This document shows, in pieces, positions 1 through 8,466 of a stretch of 64,000 nt of DNA. The position numbers and the translations under genes are program-made. Numbering within the stretch: the first letter of the stretch is position 1; every line of letters starts with the position of its first letter. Source of the stretch: Nitrosopumilus sp. (lineage in GTDB: Archaea; Thermoproteota; Nitrososphaeria; Nitrososphaerales; Nitrosopumilaceae). A model generated the notes under the pieces. It was not told the origin of the DNA. It made no database searches and saw only the letters and a program-made list of their open reading frames with translations. The stretch is taken from NCBI GenBank assembly GCA_965205425.1, contig CBDBGZ010000009.1:800001-864000 (forward strand), in the 5' to 3' direction.

Positions 1-2551
1 ATGATGTAGAAGTAAGTTCAATAATATTTTCAATTTTTGAAGAAACTGTTCTATTTGGTTTAATTTTTGATAATAAAGACATCCATTGAGGTTTAAATTT
101 CTCCCAAGAGTTTAAACCTCTATAATCATATTGAATTAATCCTAATCTTTCTAAGGAAAGTCTAAGTCTATTTGCATTTTCAAATAATATTTTAGTTTTA
201 AATTCTTCTCTGGATCGATCAAATGATTCAAAATTAAATGAATACCATTCTTCTTCTATAGTTTCTATCACAATTTCCTGAAATCTATCAAAACCAATGG
301 GCTCTTTTTCTAACAGAATAATTTCATTCAATTTTTGACTCATCAATTGTTTTATTGCAGTATCTTCATGAGCAAAATCTAACCAACCTGCAAGTTCTGC
401 CGCATCTTGTCTGCTATCAGTAAAAGTCAAAAATTTTCTATTTTCAACATGATCATATATCATATTGAAAAGATTTACAGTTGCTTGTTTTTCTGCCATA
501 TTAAATTTAGTTACAGCCCAACCACTACCATAACTATAATGACAAAATGGACAATCTCTTGGTCTCCAACTTGATGTTACATCTGATTTTGGAGGATATG
601 TCTCAATTAGAATTAGATTTTCTGAATTACAAATATTTTCATGAATATTGTTTATACAAACTGATGATGATATAGGCGAAAAACTTCCACAATCAAGACA
701 TTTCTTATATTTTCTAATTTTATGATCAACTTCTTCATCTTCTTCTTCAACTTCATTATTTTTAATCATTGAATACCATAATTCATCACTATCATTTTCT
801 GACTCATCAAATGATATTCGTTTAATTGGGTTTGGTTCTTCTGGTTGTTGATTTTCTGCAAGTTCTAATATTTTATTTCTTTCAGGAACGTTTAATCCAT
901 CTTCTAAGTCAGATTTGCTAACTTTTGAAACATAAAATTCATGTGAGCAATTTCTACAAACTCCTAATTCTTCTACAATTTTTTTACATTCATCACATTT
1001 TTCTTTATTTACAAAAAAGATTTTACTGCATTTTGGATTAGTACACATGAAAATTGGGGGTAATACTCTAAAGAAATTATGTATGCTTACTCTGAGTAAA
1101 GGTTCATCCAAATTTTGTGATGGATTTTTTGCTATACTTCCAGCTTTGAGGTAACTCCAGATCAAATCATCCAAAACTAAAGCATTTTCTGAATTTTTTA
1201 CTTTTGAAGAAATTATTTGTTCATTTTTTAATAATTTTTGAATTTCTTCTACGGAACGTGGTTCATCTAATTTTTTGATTAAAAATTGGAATAATTCATT
1301 CTGTAAAAGAATTTTTCCCAGAAATTTTCTTTTATCTTCTACAATTCCTTGATTGGAGCCTATGATAGAATTTTGTAATTTTATAAAATTTTCATCAGAA
1401 AAATTTTTCTCTAATTTATCGTCTATATTTAGTGGTTCAAGTTTATCAATTTGTTTTGTTGCTGGTAGTTCCCAAGGTTTTCTTTCACCTTCAAAAACAT
1501 CATCATTGGAAAATGTTACTCCGAATAATTTTTTTGCAAATTTTGCAATTTCTTGCTTACGCTCAGTAGGGTTTTTTGATTTTGACATAGTTGCACTTGT
1601 TCCAATGCACAAAAATTCAAGATTGTTAGGAGTAACAAAATCTAATCTACGTTTTAATCTTCTAAGAAGTAATGATACGTCTACACCTCTTGCTCCTTCA
1701 TATGTATGCATTTCATCTAAAATCAAATACTTGACTTTGTTATTTTCAAATAATGGAATATCTGAAGGTCGTAAAAGAATCCTATCTAACATAACATAAC
1801 TTGTAATTAGAATATCTGGAGGATTATCTCTTAATTCTTCTCTTGTTAATAATTGAAAATCTAATTCTACCTCTTTTTCTTCATTACAACGAAGAATACA
1901 ATTTGGATTTGAAGGTGTTTTTTCTACTACAAGAGAATCTTTCTTACAGTTTGGACATTGAAATTCTACATCTAATTTTGGATCTAATTTATTCCCACGA
2001 TATGCAGTTTCAGGAGTTGCACCATTGTATATTCCAAAAGTAATTTTTTTTAATCCTTTACTGTCTCTAATTTTATTTAATTTAAAAAGATAATCTCGTA
2101 ATCTAGTTACTTGATCTCCAGCTAAAGCATTCATGGGATAAACTATAATTGCTTTAATTCCTTCTACATTTGCTTTTGAACAAGTATCTAAAACTGGAAT
2201 TAAAAATGACTCTGTTTTTCCTGAACCAGTACCTGATGAAACAATTGTATTTTTTTCATTAAGAATAATATTTTTAATTGCCAGTTCTTGATGCTTGAAG
2301 AAATTTTCTACTCCAACAGCAGTTAGAACATCTTTATCAATATCTGCATCAGCCATTAATTCATAATCTTTTTGACCATGAAGATAATTTTGAGTGATTG
2401 AGATAAATGGAGATTTCCAAAGTCTATTATTGTTCTTTAATTCATCTAGTTTTTTAGCTAATTCTTTATTTCCTAATGCAAAGTTTGCTTTGTAAAAATC
2501 AACATAATTCTGTTGAATTTCTTTAGTTGCAGATAATGGATTAGTAATCAT
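1..2551 (-). CDS. Large SF2 DEAD/DEAH-box helicase with Zn-finger insertions (YprA/DruE/DUF1998-like), 3' end outside window
   Basis: Not in the ORF track; translated by hand from ATG at 2551 (ATGA overlap with the upstream cas4 stop, GGAG RBS): MITNPLSATKEIQQNY...; motifs SGTGSGKTESF, YPMNALAGDQ, LDEMHTYEGARG, GTSAT, FTDSRQDAAE and several CxxC pairs; open to position 1. Confidence 0.88.
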   Translation of the reverse strand, partial: MITNPLSATKEIQQNYVDFYKANFALGNKELAKKLDELKNNNRLWKSPFISITQNYLHGQKDYELMADADIDKDVLTAVGVENFFKHQELAIKNIILNEKNTIVSSGTGSGKTESFLIPVLDTCSKANVEGIKAIIVYPMNALAGDQVTRLRDYLFKLNKIRDSKGLKKITFGIYNGATPETAYRGNKLDPKLDVEFQCPNCKKDSLVVEKTPSNPNCILRCNEEKEVELDFQLLTREELRDNPPDILITSYVMLDRILLRPSDIPLFENNKVKYLILDEMHTYEGARGVDVSLLLRRLKRRLDFVTPNNLEFLCIGTSATMSKSKNPTERKQEIAKFAKKLFGVTFSNDDVFEGERKPWELPATKQIDKLEPLNIDDKLEKNFSDENFIKLQNSIIGSNQGIVEDKRKFLGKILLQNELFQFLIKKLDEPRSVEEIQKLLKNEQIISSKVKNSENALVLDDLIWSYLKAGSIAKNPSQNLDEPLLRVSIHNFFRVLPPIFMCTNPKCSKIFFVNKEKCDECKKIVEELGVCRNCSHEFYVSKVSKSDLEDGLNVPERNKILELAENQQPEEPNPIKRISFDESENDSDELWYSMIKNNEVEEEDEEVDHKIRKYKKCLDCGSFSPISSSVCINNIHENICNSENLILIETYPPKSDVTSSWRPRDCPFCHYSYGSGWAVTKFNMAEKQATVNLFNMIYDHVENRKFLTFTDSRQDAAELAGWLDFAHEDTAIKQLMSQKLNEIILLEKEPIGFDRFQEIVIETIEEEWYSFNFESFDRSREEFKTKILFENANRLRLSLERLGLIQYDYRGLNSWEKFKPQWMSLLSKIKPNRTVSSKIENIIELTSTS

Positions 2552-3285
2552 ATGATTGTCTCCTTTTTTGAGGTATTTAATGAAGATCCCTGAATATTAT
2601 TTATGATATTATTACTTTCATCTGGATTACATTGATTTAGAAATTTACAAAAATAACATAATTTTGAAAATTCTTTTTTAGGTGGATTTTTCTCTAACAG
2701 GGATTTTTCTAGTTCAAGAATTCTATCTTTTAACCACCATGTCTTATCCTCATTTTTTATTTGAAATGCAATCATGTCATTAAGATCAGCGTAAACAAGA
2801 ATTAAACGACTAACAGGGATAATATTTGAAAATATTGTTCCATAACATTGAATTTGTAAAATATCTTCTTTTTTAGGAATAGTTCCTTCTTCTGCTTGTG
2901 AATAGACATCTTTTGTAGTTTTTAGATCAATGATTGTTCTAGTTTTCCAATCATACATGTCTAGTCTACCTGAAATTGTTCTTAATTTCCCATTACCAAG
3001 TGGAATTTGAAAATCCATATCCAATTCATTCCAGTTGTATGCTGAAGTCATTTGATGTAATAGATCACCTCTTACTGTAGGCCACAAATTATCAAGTGTT
3101 TTTCTTGATTTTCTCTTCATCTTAGTTTTTTCATAATATGATTTTCTAAGGCAGCGAATTATCTCAGTTACTCCATATGATAGAGTTTTGTCATTTCTGA
3201 AAATCCCTGACTTTTTTTCTAAAAATGATGTAATCCCATCAGGAATGTCAACCTGCATGAATTGTTTGTTTTTTTCTTTTTGCAT
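2548..3285 (-). CDS. cas4: Cas4-like PD-(D/E)XK nuclease, copy 1 (solo, no CRISPR array)
   Basis: N-terminal Cys (IRCLRKSYY), GDLLH, GRLD...IIDLKT, QIQCY, C-terminal CYFCKFLNQC Fe-S ligands. Confidence 0.82.
   Translation of the reverse strand: MQKEKNKQFMQVDIPDGITSFLEKKSGIFRNDKTLSYGVTEIIRCLRKSYYEKTKMKRKSRKTLDNLWPTVRGDLLHQMTSAYNWNELDMDFQIPLGNGKLRTISGRLDMYDWKTRTIIDLKTTKDVYSQAEEGTIPKKEDILQIQCYGTIFSNIIPVSRLILVYADLNDMIAFQIKNEDKTWWLKDRILELEKSLLEKNPPKKEFSKLCYFCKFLNQCNPDESNNIINNIQGSSLNTSKKETII
2911..2964. repeat. 54-bp inverted repeat, left copy (inside cas4 copy 1)
   Basis: Reverse complement matches 4803-4856 at 53/54 nt. Confidence 0.95.
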
Positions 3286-3321
3286 ACATTACATTACAGT
3301 ATCTTTCTTATCAAATAATTA

Positions 3322-3334
3322 TTGTATAATACAA
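3322..3334. promoter_or_regulatory. Palindromic operator candidate TTGTAT-A-ATACAA upstream of the cas4-1/helicase operon
   Basis: Perfect 6+1+6 palindrome, identical to 4263-4275. Confidence 0.65.
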
Positions 3335-3346
3335 AAAATATTTGTA

Positions 3347-4246
3347 TTAAATTATATCTCCGATAGCCTCAGGATTTGCCGCATGAAGGTGACCAAAATC
3401 TGTCAATTCTATAAAAGTACTTTTTCTATCGGTTTTACCTGATTTTGTTTTCTCAATTCCTTTTACTCTTACAATTAATCCAGCGTCTTCGAGTTTATTC
3501 AAATGAAAATTAAGTAATGTTGTTGTAATTGGTCTAAATTCAACTTTCTTTTTGAATTTTCCAGTTTTTTTATATTTACTAGTTTTAGAGTCTTTTTCCT
3601 TTTCTGCCTTTAATTTTTCAGTTGGCATTCCTTCTTTATCAAAACTTTTTAATAATTTTGTTCTACTAACAGGTGGATTTAATTCCCAAATTCTTGCTAA
3701 TATACGTGAAGTAGTACTTTCAGTAGAACCTGAAATTGTATTTCTACTCTTTACTCTAGGTGGAACAGGTAATTCTATTACTAGTTCTTTTCCTTTTGCT
3801 TCATGGTATTGTAACACATAGTACATTTTGGTTTGTGCAAGATAAGCAGAGCATGCAGCTCCTGCAACCATTGCCTTTGTGCCACCAGTTAAGTTAATCG
3901 CAAAATCCTTTCCTTGTAATTTTGCATTTTTCTTTTTCTCTTTGCTGATAATTCCCTGAATTTCACGGATTACATCATATGTATCATATTTTCCAACCTT
4001 AACTAATTCCACTTGAATTTCAAACTCTTTTACAATTTCTCTTCTTAATTTTTCAGCATTGTCTTTATATTGTTGAGTTTTTAGATGATCTTTTTCTTTT
4101 CCTTTGGCTTTTTCTAAAGCATCTTCAAATTCTGATTTTGTTTTTTCATTTTCAGTATGTAAAATGTATATCTTATCTGGTGGATTTTTTCGTAATCCTT
4201 CTTTAACAACAATTTGAGTATCTCCAACTGTGGCTATTTGTATCAT
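3347..4246 (-). CDS. CARF-domain + winged-HTH regulator (Csa3-like)
   Basis: N-terminal Rossmann-like IATVG, KIYILHT, CARF motif INLTGGTK; C-terminal wHTH (LLNFHLNKLEDAGLI...IELTDFG). Confidence 0.8.
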   Translation of the reverse strand: MIQIATVGDTQIVVKEGLRKNPPDKIYILHTENEKTKSEFEDALEKAKGKEKDHLKTQQYKDNAEKLRREIVKEFEIQVELVKVGKYDTYDVIREIQGIISKEKKKNAKLQGKDFAINLTGGTKAMVAGAACSAYLAQTKMYYVLQYHEAKGKELVIELPVPPRVKSRNTISGSTESTTSRILARIWELNPPVSRTKLLKSFDKEGMPTEKLKAEKEKDSKTSKYKKTGKFKKKVEFRPITTTLLNFHLNKLEDAGLIVRVKGIEKTKSGKTDRKSTFIELTDFGHLHAANPEAIGDII

Positions 4247-4262
4247 ATAGTAAAAATAATAT

Positions 4263-4275
4263 TTGTATAATACAA
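4263..4275. promoter_or_regulatory. Palindromic operator candidate TTGTATAATACAA in the divergent CARF / cas4-2 promoter region
   Basis: Exact copy of 3322-3334; an 11/13 variant TTGTATGAAACAA lies at 4308-4320. Confidence 0.65.
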
Positions 4276-4311
4276 TATAAAGTCTTCATCATTCAGGCAC
4301 TATTCTATTGT

Positions 4312-4455
4312 ATGAAACAAAAGATTTCAAAACTAATGGGTGACGACCATATCGTCAAGCAATTTGCTGAAAATACTAGACCTCTAAATCTAGTTCAAGC
4401 TTTTCTTTATGCTTGTTTTGGAGGATTCTCAGTTAGAGAAATTCTAGAGGTGTAG
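4312..4455 (+). CDS. Small hypothetical protein (47 aa)
   Basis: Hand-translated MKQKISKLMGDDHIVKQFAENTRPLNLVQAFLYACFGGFSVREILEV*; fills the gap before cas4-2 and contains its GAGGTG RBS. Confidence 0.5.
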   Translation: MKQKISKLMGDDHIVKQFAENTRPLNLVQAFLYACFGGFSVREILEV

Positions 4456-4460
4456 CGAAA

Positions 4461-5207
4461 TTGAGTACTATTACTAAAGAAAAAATACCTAGTCTTACTG
4501 AAGAAATTGATACTCCTGAAGGTATAGTCAACTTTTTACAAAAAAGAAATGGATTATACTCTAAGGATTATACTTCAAGATATTCTGTAACTGAACTAGT
4601 TGGTTGTCAAAGAAAGTCTTTGTACAAACAACAAGAAGTATCTCAAGAAGAATTACTTGCAGATACAACTCTTGAAAGTATGTGGGCAACTGTTCGTGGT
4701 GATTTCCTACACAACATGACATATGCATACAAATGACGTGAGATGGATATTGAGCATTACATACCATTAGACAATGGTAAAGTAGCAACACTTGCAGGAA
4801 GGCTAGACATGTATGATTGGAAAACTAAAACAATCATTGATCTAAAAACTACAAAATTTGTTAGATGGCAAATAAAGCAAGGATTTTTGCCAAAACCTGA
4901 ACACATTCTTCAATTACAATGCTATGATACAATGTTTTCAGAATATGTGCCAGTAGAGAATCTAAACATTGTATATGCTGACATGTCTGATATTGTAACC
5001 TACAAGGTAGAAAAAAGAGACTTGACTGATTGGATAAAGACTAGAATCCAAGAAATTGAAACTGCTAAAACAGATAGTGTAATTCCAAATGGTGAAGTAT
5101 CTGGTTTATGCAAGTTTTGTAGGTATCAAACTAGATGTTCAGAGGCAGGAAATGGATTAACTGACAAACCATTATCTACTCCAAAACCAAATGAGGAATC
5201 TTCATGA
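4461..5207 (+). pseudogene. cas4: Cas4-like nuclease copy 2, interrupted by one in-frame TGA (4734-4736)
   Basis: ORFs 4461-4736 and 4743-5207 are in the same frame; AYK*REMD aligns with AYNWNELD of copy 1; retains GCQRKS, GDFLH, GRLD..DLKT, QLQCY, CKFCRYQTRC. Confidence 0.85.
4803..4856. repeat. 54-bp inverted repeat, right copy (inside cas4 copy 2)
   Basis: CTAGACATGTATGATTGGAAAACTAAAACAATCATTGATCTAAAAACTACAAAA; one mismatch to the reverse complement of 2911-2964. Confidence 0.95.
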
Positions 5208-5302
5208 ATTGTGAATCACCATTTCATGATTGTTGGATTTTGTTATTTGGAGAGTGCAAAAAATGTTATTCAGATGTGTATCAATCTAAAATATTCAACT
5301 GA
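5204..5302 (+). CDS. Cys-rich micro-ORF (32 aa)
   Basis: ATGA overlap with the cas4-2 stop; MNCESPFHDCWILLFGECKKCYSDVYQSKIFN*. Confidence 0.4.
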   Translation: MNCESPFHDCWILLFGECKKCYSDVYQSKIFN

Positions 5303-5357
5303 GAAATATTGTTCAGGTAACAAAGATTACCAGAATTTATGCCTAGAATCAAGTTCT

Positions 5358-5720
5358 AACCATTAATTGTAGAATTAGAAATGATTTCAAACCTAACTAA
5401 ATCCAAAAAATCACTAAAAATCTAGGTTGATACCCAAGAGAAAAGTAGTTCCTACTATTGTAGAAAACTAACTAAGATAGTTCCTCAACTCATACCTAAT
5501 TTTATAACATAATTTTGGAGAAAATCTAGGTTGATACCCAATCAGATAGTTTCGAACCATTAATTGTAGGAAACAAAACATTTTCGTTCCAGGATAAATC
5601 CCACAAATCCAATAAAATCTAGGTGTATACTCCCTGTAAAGATAGAAAATGATTACGGCTGTAAATCTCCACGTCATTAAGAGAAACTTAACATCCCTAA
5701 CCTCTAGGTGCGTATGGGGA
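5358..5720. repeat. Interleaved direct-repeat tract, candidate iteron-type origin
   Basis: AAAATCTAGGTTGATACCCAA at 5417 and 5521; TCTAGGT core at 5421/5525/5618/5703; AACCATTAATTGTAG at 5358 and 5555; ATTGTAG also at 5457. Confidence 0.75.
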
Positions 5721-5783
5721 ATTGAAAGAATTTATCAAAACACCGTACCAAAACTAGTTGTCAAGGTTATCAAAGTGGTCTAA

Positions 5784-7148
5784 TTACCCAGATTTCATTA
5801 GACTACCTTGACTACTTCGACCACTTGTATCAATTCCATACTTTACTGCAAATGCAGTGATCAAATCTTTTGACAACACATAACTTGTAATTTTATGATA
5901 TTTGTTATTTTTTGAGACATAGTTGTGCTTCTTTTTTGCATGAAAGGTTTGCTCAAGAATACTTGCCAATTTATTCATAGTTATTTTTGTTCCAAATTCA
6001 TCAGGATAAAAAGTTCTTTGTGATTGATCTAATGTACCTGGCAGGTCAAGATTGTCATGAATGATAAGATTCCACAAATCAAGTGCTTTAATTTGATAAT
6101 TTTTATCAAGGTTTGATGAAATGATTTGAAAGAGTTTTGCAACTATGCTATTCTTTATTCCTTCTTGACGTTGTGATATATAGAATTGTGCAACCTGATT
6201 TGCTTTATCAAAGTATTTTGTATCAATAGTAGTAGAAATAAAATCATCCCACAACTCAGCATCTCTATTTTTTAATTTTGAATTAATGGGTGTAGGTATT
6301 TGCATTATGTTCTGTAATTTCCATACAAGTAGTTTGTTTCGTAACTGTTGAAGTGATTTCTTTTCTTCTGATGAAAGTTTCTTTATGTTTCCTTTAGGAA
6401 TACCTGACATCATATGAATGACGGCTAATCGTTCAACAAACCCTTTATCATTTGGAATTTTTTCTCCTGCAAACCATTTTTGACAAAATGTCTTGTAGAA
6501 AACTTGGTGTTTTCCTAGTGAATCTGTGCCTAAAATTCGTGCTTTTTTGGAACCTTTAGAATATGAACTCTTGTACATACGTAATTTTTCAGAGTTTGGA
6601 TGTAAACCTTGAGCCTCATCTTCAGCAATTGTTCCACATGCTTCTTCATCTTTTCCAAGAAAATTATACACATCAGCAGATGGAATGTCTTCACCTAGAT
6701 GACATCTATAACATAACCATGAAGCTAGATGAAGAATTGTGCTTTTACCAGATTCAGTATCACCTACACTAAATGGAAAGTGTAGTGTAGTAACCCATTC
6801 TTGACAATAACTTAACAAAATATCAATTTGAATTAGATGTCTTGTTAAATCATCAGTTACAACATATTTGTCAACCTGTGATTTTATTTCATCTAGTATC
6901 TTTTCTTTTGATATTGGTGTATTGATATAATCTAGTTCATCTTCAGTAAATGAATATGGAACATAACCACATTGGGATTCTTTGAGGGGTTTAACAAGAC
7001 CATCATATAGAATTGATTCCCTTACAACAAGTTTGTTTTCTGTTTTCTCATATGCAAGAAATTTTGGTTTCCCATTTACTAAAATTGATTCTACAAAGAA
7101 ATCACTTACATGACCTTTTGTCTTGGTTTGAGTAACTTGTTCAGACAT
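5784..7148 (-). CDS. P-loop NTPase, probable MGE replication helicase
   Basis: Walker A GDTESGKST, Walker B TIAEDEA, Arg-finger-like GFVERLAVI; downstream of an RHH gene string. Confidence 0.65.
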   Translation of the reverse strand: MSEQVTQTKTKGHVSDFFVESILVNGKPKFLAYEKTENKLVVRESILYDGLVKPLKESQCGYVPYSFTEDELDYINTPISKEKILDEIKSQVDKYVVTDDLTRHLIQIDILLSYCQEWVTTLHFPFSVGDTESGKSTILHLASWLCYRCHLGEDIPSADVYNFLGKDEEACGTIAEDEAQGLHPNSEKLRMYKSSYSKGSKKARILGTDSLGKHQVFYKTFCQKWFAGEKIPNDKGFVERLAVIHMMSGIPKGNIKKLSSEEKKSLQQLRNKLLVWKLQNIMQIPTPINSKLKNRDAELWDDFISTTIDTKYFDKANQVAQFYISQRQEGIKNSIVAKLFQIISSNLDKNYQIKALDLWNLIIHDNLDLPGTLDQSQRTFYPDEFGTKITMNKLASILEQTFHAKKKHNYVSKNNKYHKITSYVLSKDLITAFAVKYGIDTSGRSSQGSLMKSG

Positions 7149-7335
7149 TATTTTTCTCCTTTAATTTTGGACCTAGGAGAATCAATCGATTCTTTTCAAG
7201 AATGACTTTAAACTCTGGAGTTTTTCCAAACAATTCAATCCATTTTATATCAAAAGAAAGGAGAAGATGTTCATCCCACATTATCGGTGTAATAGTTGCA
7301 ATCTTAGTCATATCGCTTGTACCACCACATATCAC
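7141..7335 (-). CDS. Small hypothetical protein
   Basis: Overlaps neighbours in an operon-like chain. Confidence 0.5.
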   Translation of the reverse strand: MICGGTSDMTKIATITPIMWDEHLLLSFDIKWIELFGKTPEFKVILEKNRLILLGPKLKEKNNV

Positions 7336-7456
7336 ATGTGTTTATGTGATCCATCAATTCATTGAGTAATTCATCATAGGTATTTCCAAGAAATCCAAAC
7401 TTTCGTAGTCTTTCTTTTGTTGGTTTTCTGACTGCAATTGTAGATTTATCGCTCAT
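7304..7456 (-). CDS. RHH/antitoxin-like DNA-binding protein
   Basis: MSDKSTIAVRKPTKERLRKFG...TYDELLNELMD; start moved to ATG at 7456. Confidence 0.6.
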   Translation of the reverse strand: MSDKSTIAVRKPTKERLRKFGFLGNTYDELLNELMDHINTCDMWWYKRYD

Positions 7457-7652
7457 GTGGATCATCCTTCTTTTTGCTAGAATCAGTTGGGACTTTACCA
7501 TCTTGATTCTCTATCATTCTTTGAAGATACTTACTTCTAGGAATGTCCTTTCTGGCCTCATCGATTTGTCTAATCTGGTTTTTTGGAAGACAAATTGTTA
7601 TGCGTGACTGAGGCTGTTTTTTATGATTTTTCTCATTTTTCTTAATCATCAT
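7446..7652 (-). CDS. CopG/RHH-family regulator
   Basis: RITICLPKNQIRQIDEARKDIPRSKYLQRMIE ribbon-helix-helix pattern. Confidence 0.7.
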   Translation of the reverse strand: MMIKKNEKNHKKQPQSRITICLPKNQIRQIDEARKDIPRSKYLQRMIENQDGKVPTDSSKKKDDPHER

Positions 7653-7818
7653 ATACTAGTAAACCAAAAAATGAGTGGGTGTATCTGGAATTGAGTGAAA
7701 AAATTTTCTTCTTACTCAATCTGAAAGTCAAAAAATAGATTACATTATACCTGTTGTAGATTATTTTATTGACTACAAAGAAGCTAGTATTCCAGAATTA
7801 GAACAGAAACTTGGAATT

Positions 7819-8466
7819 TTGAGAAAAAGTTTGGAAAGAACAATCAAACAATTAATTAACTTAGAATTAATTAAAATAAAAGAAATACAAGATAGAGGTA
7901 GAAGAAATTATTCTTATAAATCAAAAAATAAACTAAAACAATACAGGAAATTTTTGAGTAAAGAATATGATAGAAAATTTACAGGTTTAGAAATATTTGA
8001 AGAGAAGCGATTTAAAAAGAAGATAGATCATATTTGGTCAAAAATTATTAAAAAAATACATCATAATTCTACAAAATATAATAGATTTAACAGAAATAAT
8101 CTGAGAAAAAAATTTAAAATCAAATCAGCTAAATTACAGAAAAAAATCACAAAAATTCAATGGCCTAACGAAATTTCCATTAGAGATATAAAATATCATC
8201 ATGCAAAAAAAATTCAAAGAGATTATGGTGAAGGACGTATTTGTAATGTTTGTTTGAATGAAGATAGAATTTTAGATTATTTTAAAACAAATTATATGGA
8301 TTCTCAATTATTTTGTTCAAAGGGACATATTCTAAAAATTCCTCAAACACCTGAAACATTTATGGATTCATTACAAGTGAGTGATTCAGAAAAACAAATT
8401 TGGAACAATATGCTAAAATCAAAAAAAATTAATAAATACAAAAAGAATCATTTTCGCTTTCGATAA
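7819..8466 (+). CDS. Basic wHTH protein with C-terminal Zn-binding motif; start uncertain
   Basis: Frame is open back to 7699 and gives ASIPELEQKLGILRKSLERTIKQL (HTH); CNVC...CSKGH. Confidence 0.55.
   Translation: MRKSLERTIKQLINLELIKIKEIQDRGRRNYSYKSKNKLKQYRKFLSKEYDRKFTGLEIFEEKRFKKKIDHIWSKIIKKIHHNSTKYNRFNRNNLRKKFKIKSAKLQKKITKIQWPNEISIRDIKYHHAKKIQRDYGEGRICNVCLNEDRILDYFKTNYMDSQLFCSKGHILKIPQTPETFMDSLQVSDSEKQIWNNMLKSKKINKYKKNHFRFR

Noticed and set aside
1353..2043. Plus-strand ORFs 1353-1799 and 1843-2043
   Set aside because: Antisense shadows of the minus-strand helicase, which has clear motifs
4734..4736. TGA as selenocysteine or alternative genetic code
   Set aside because: The aligned residue is Trp, not Cys, and TGA terminates other genes in this window normally
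5468..5677. 69-aa minus-strand ORF
   Set aside because: Lies over the repeat tract with no recognisable protein features
5711..5728. CGTATGGGGAATTGAAAG resembles the 3' end of archaeal CRISPR repeats
   Set aside because: Single copy; neighbouring repeats have irregular 85-104-bp spacing and different sequence, so no CRISPR array can be supported
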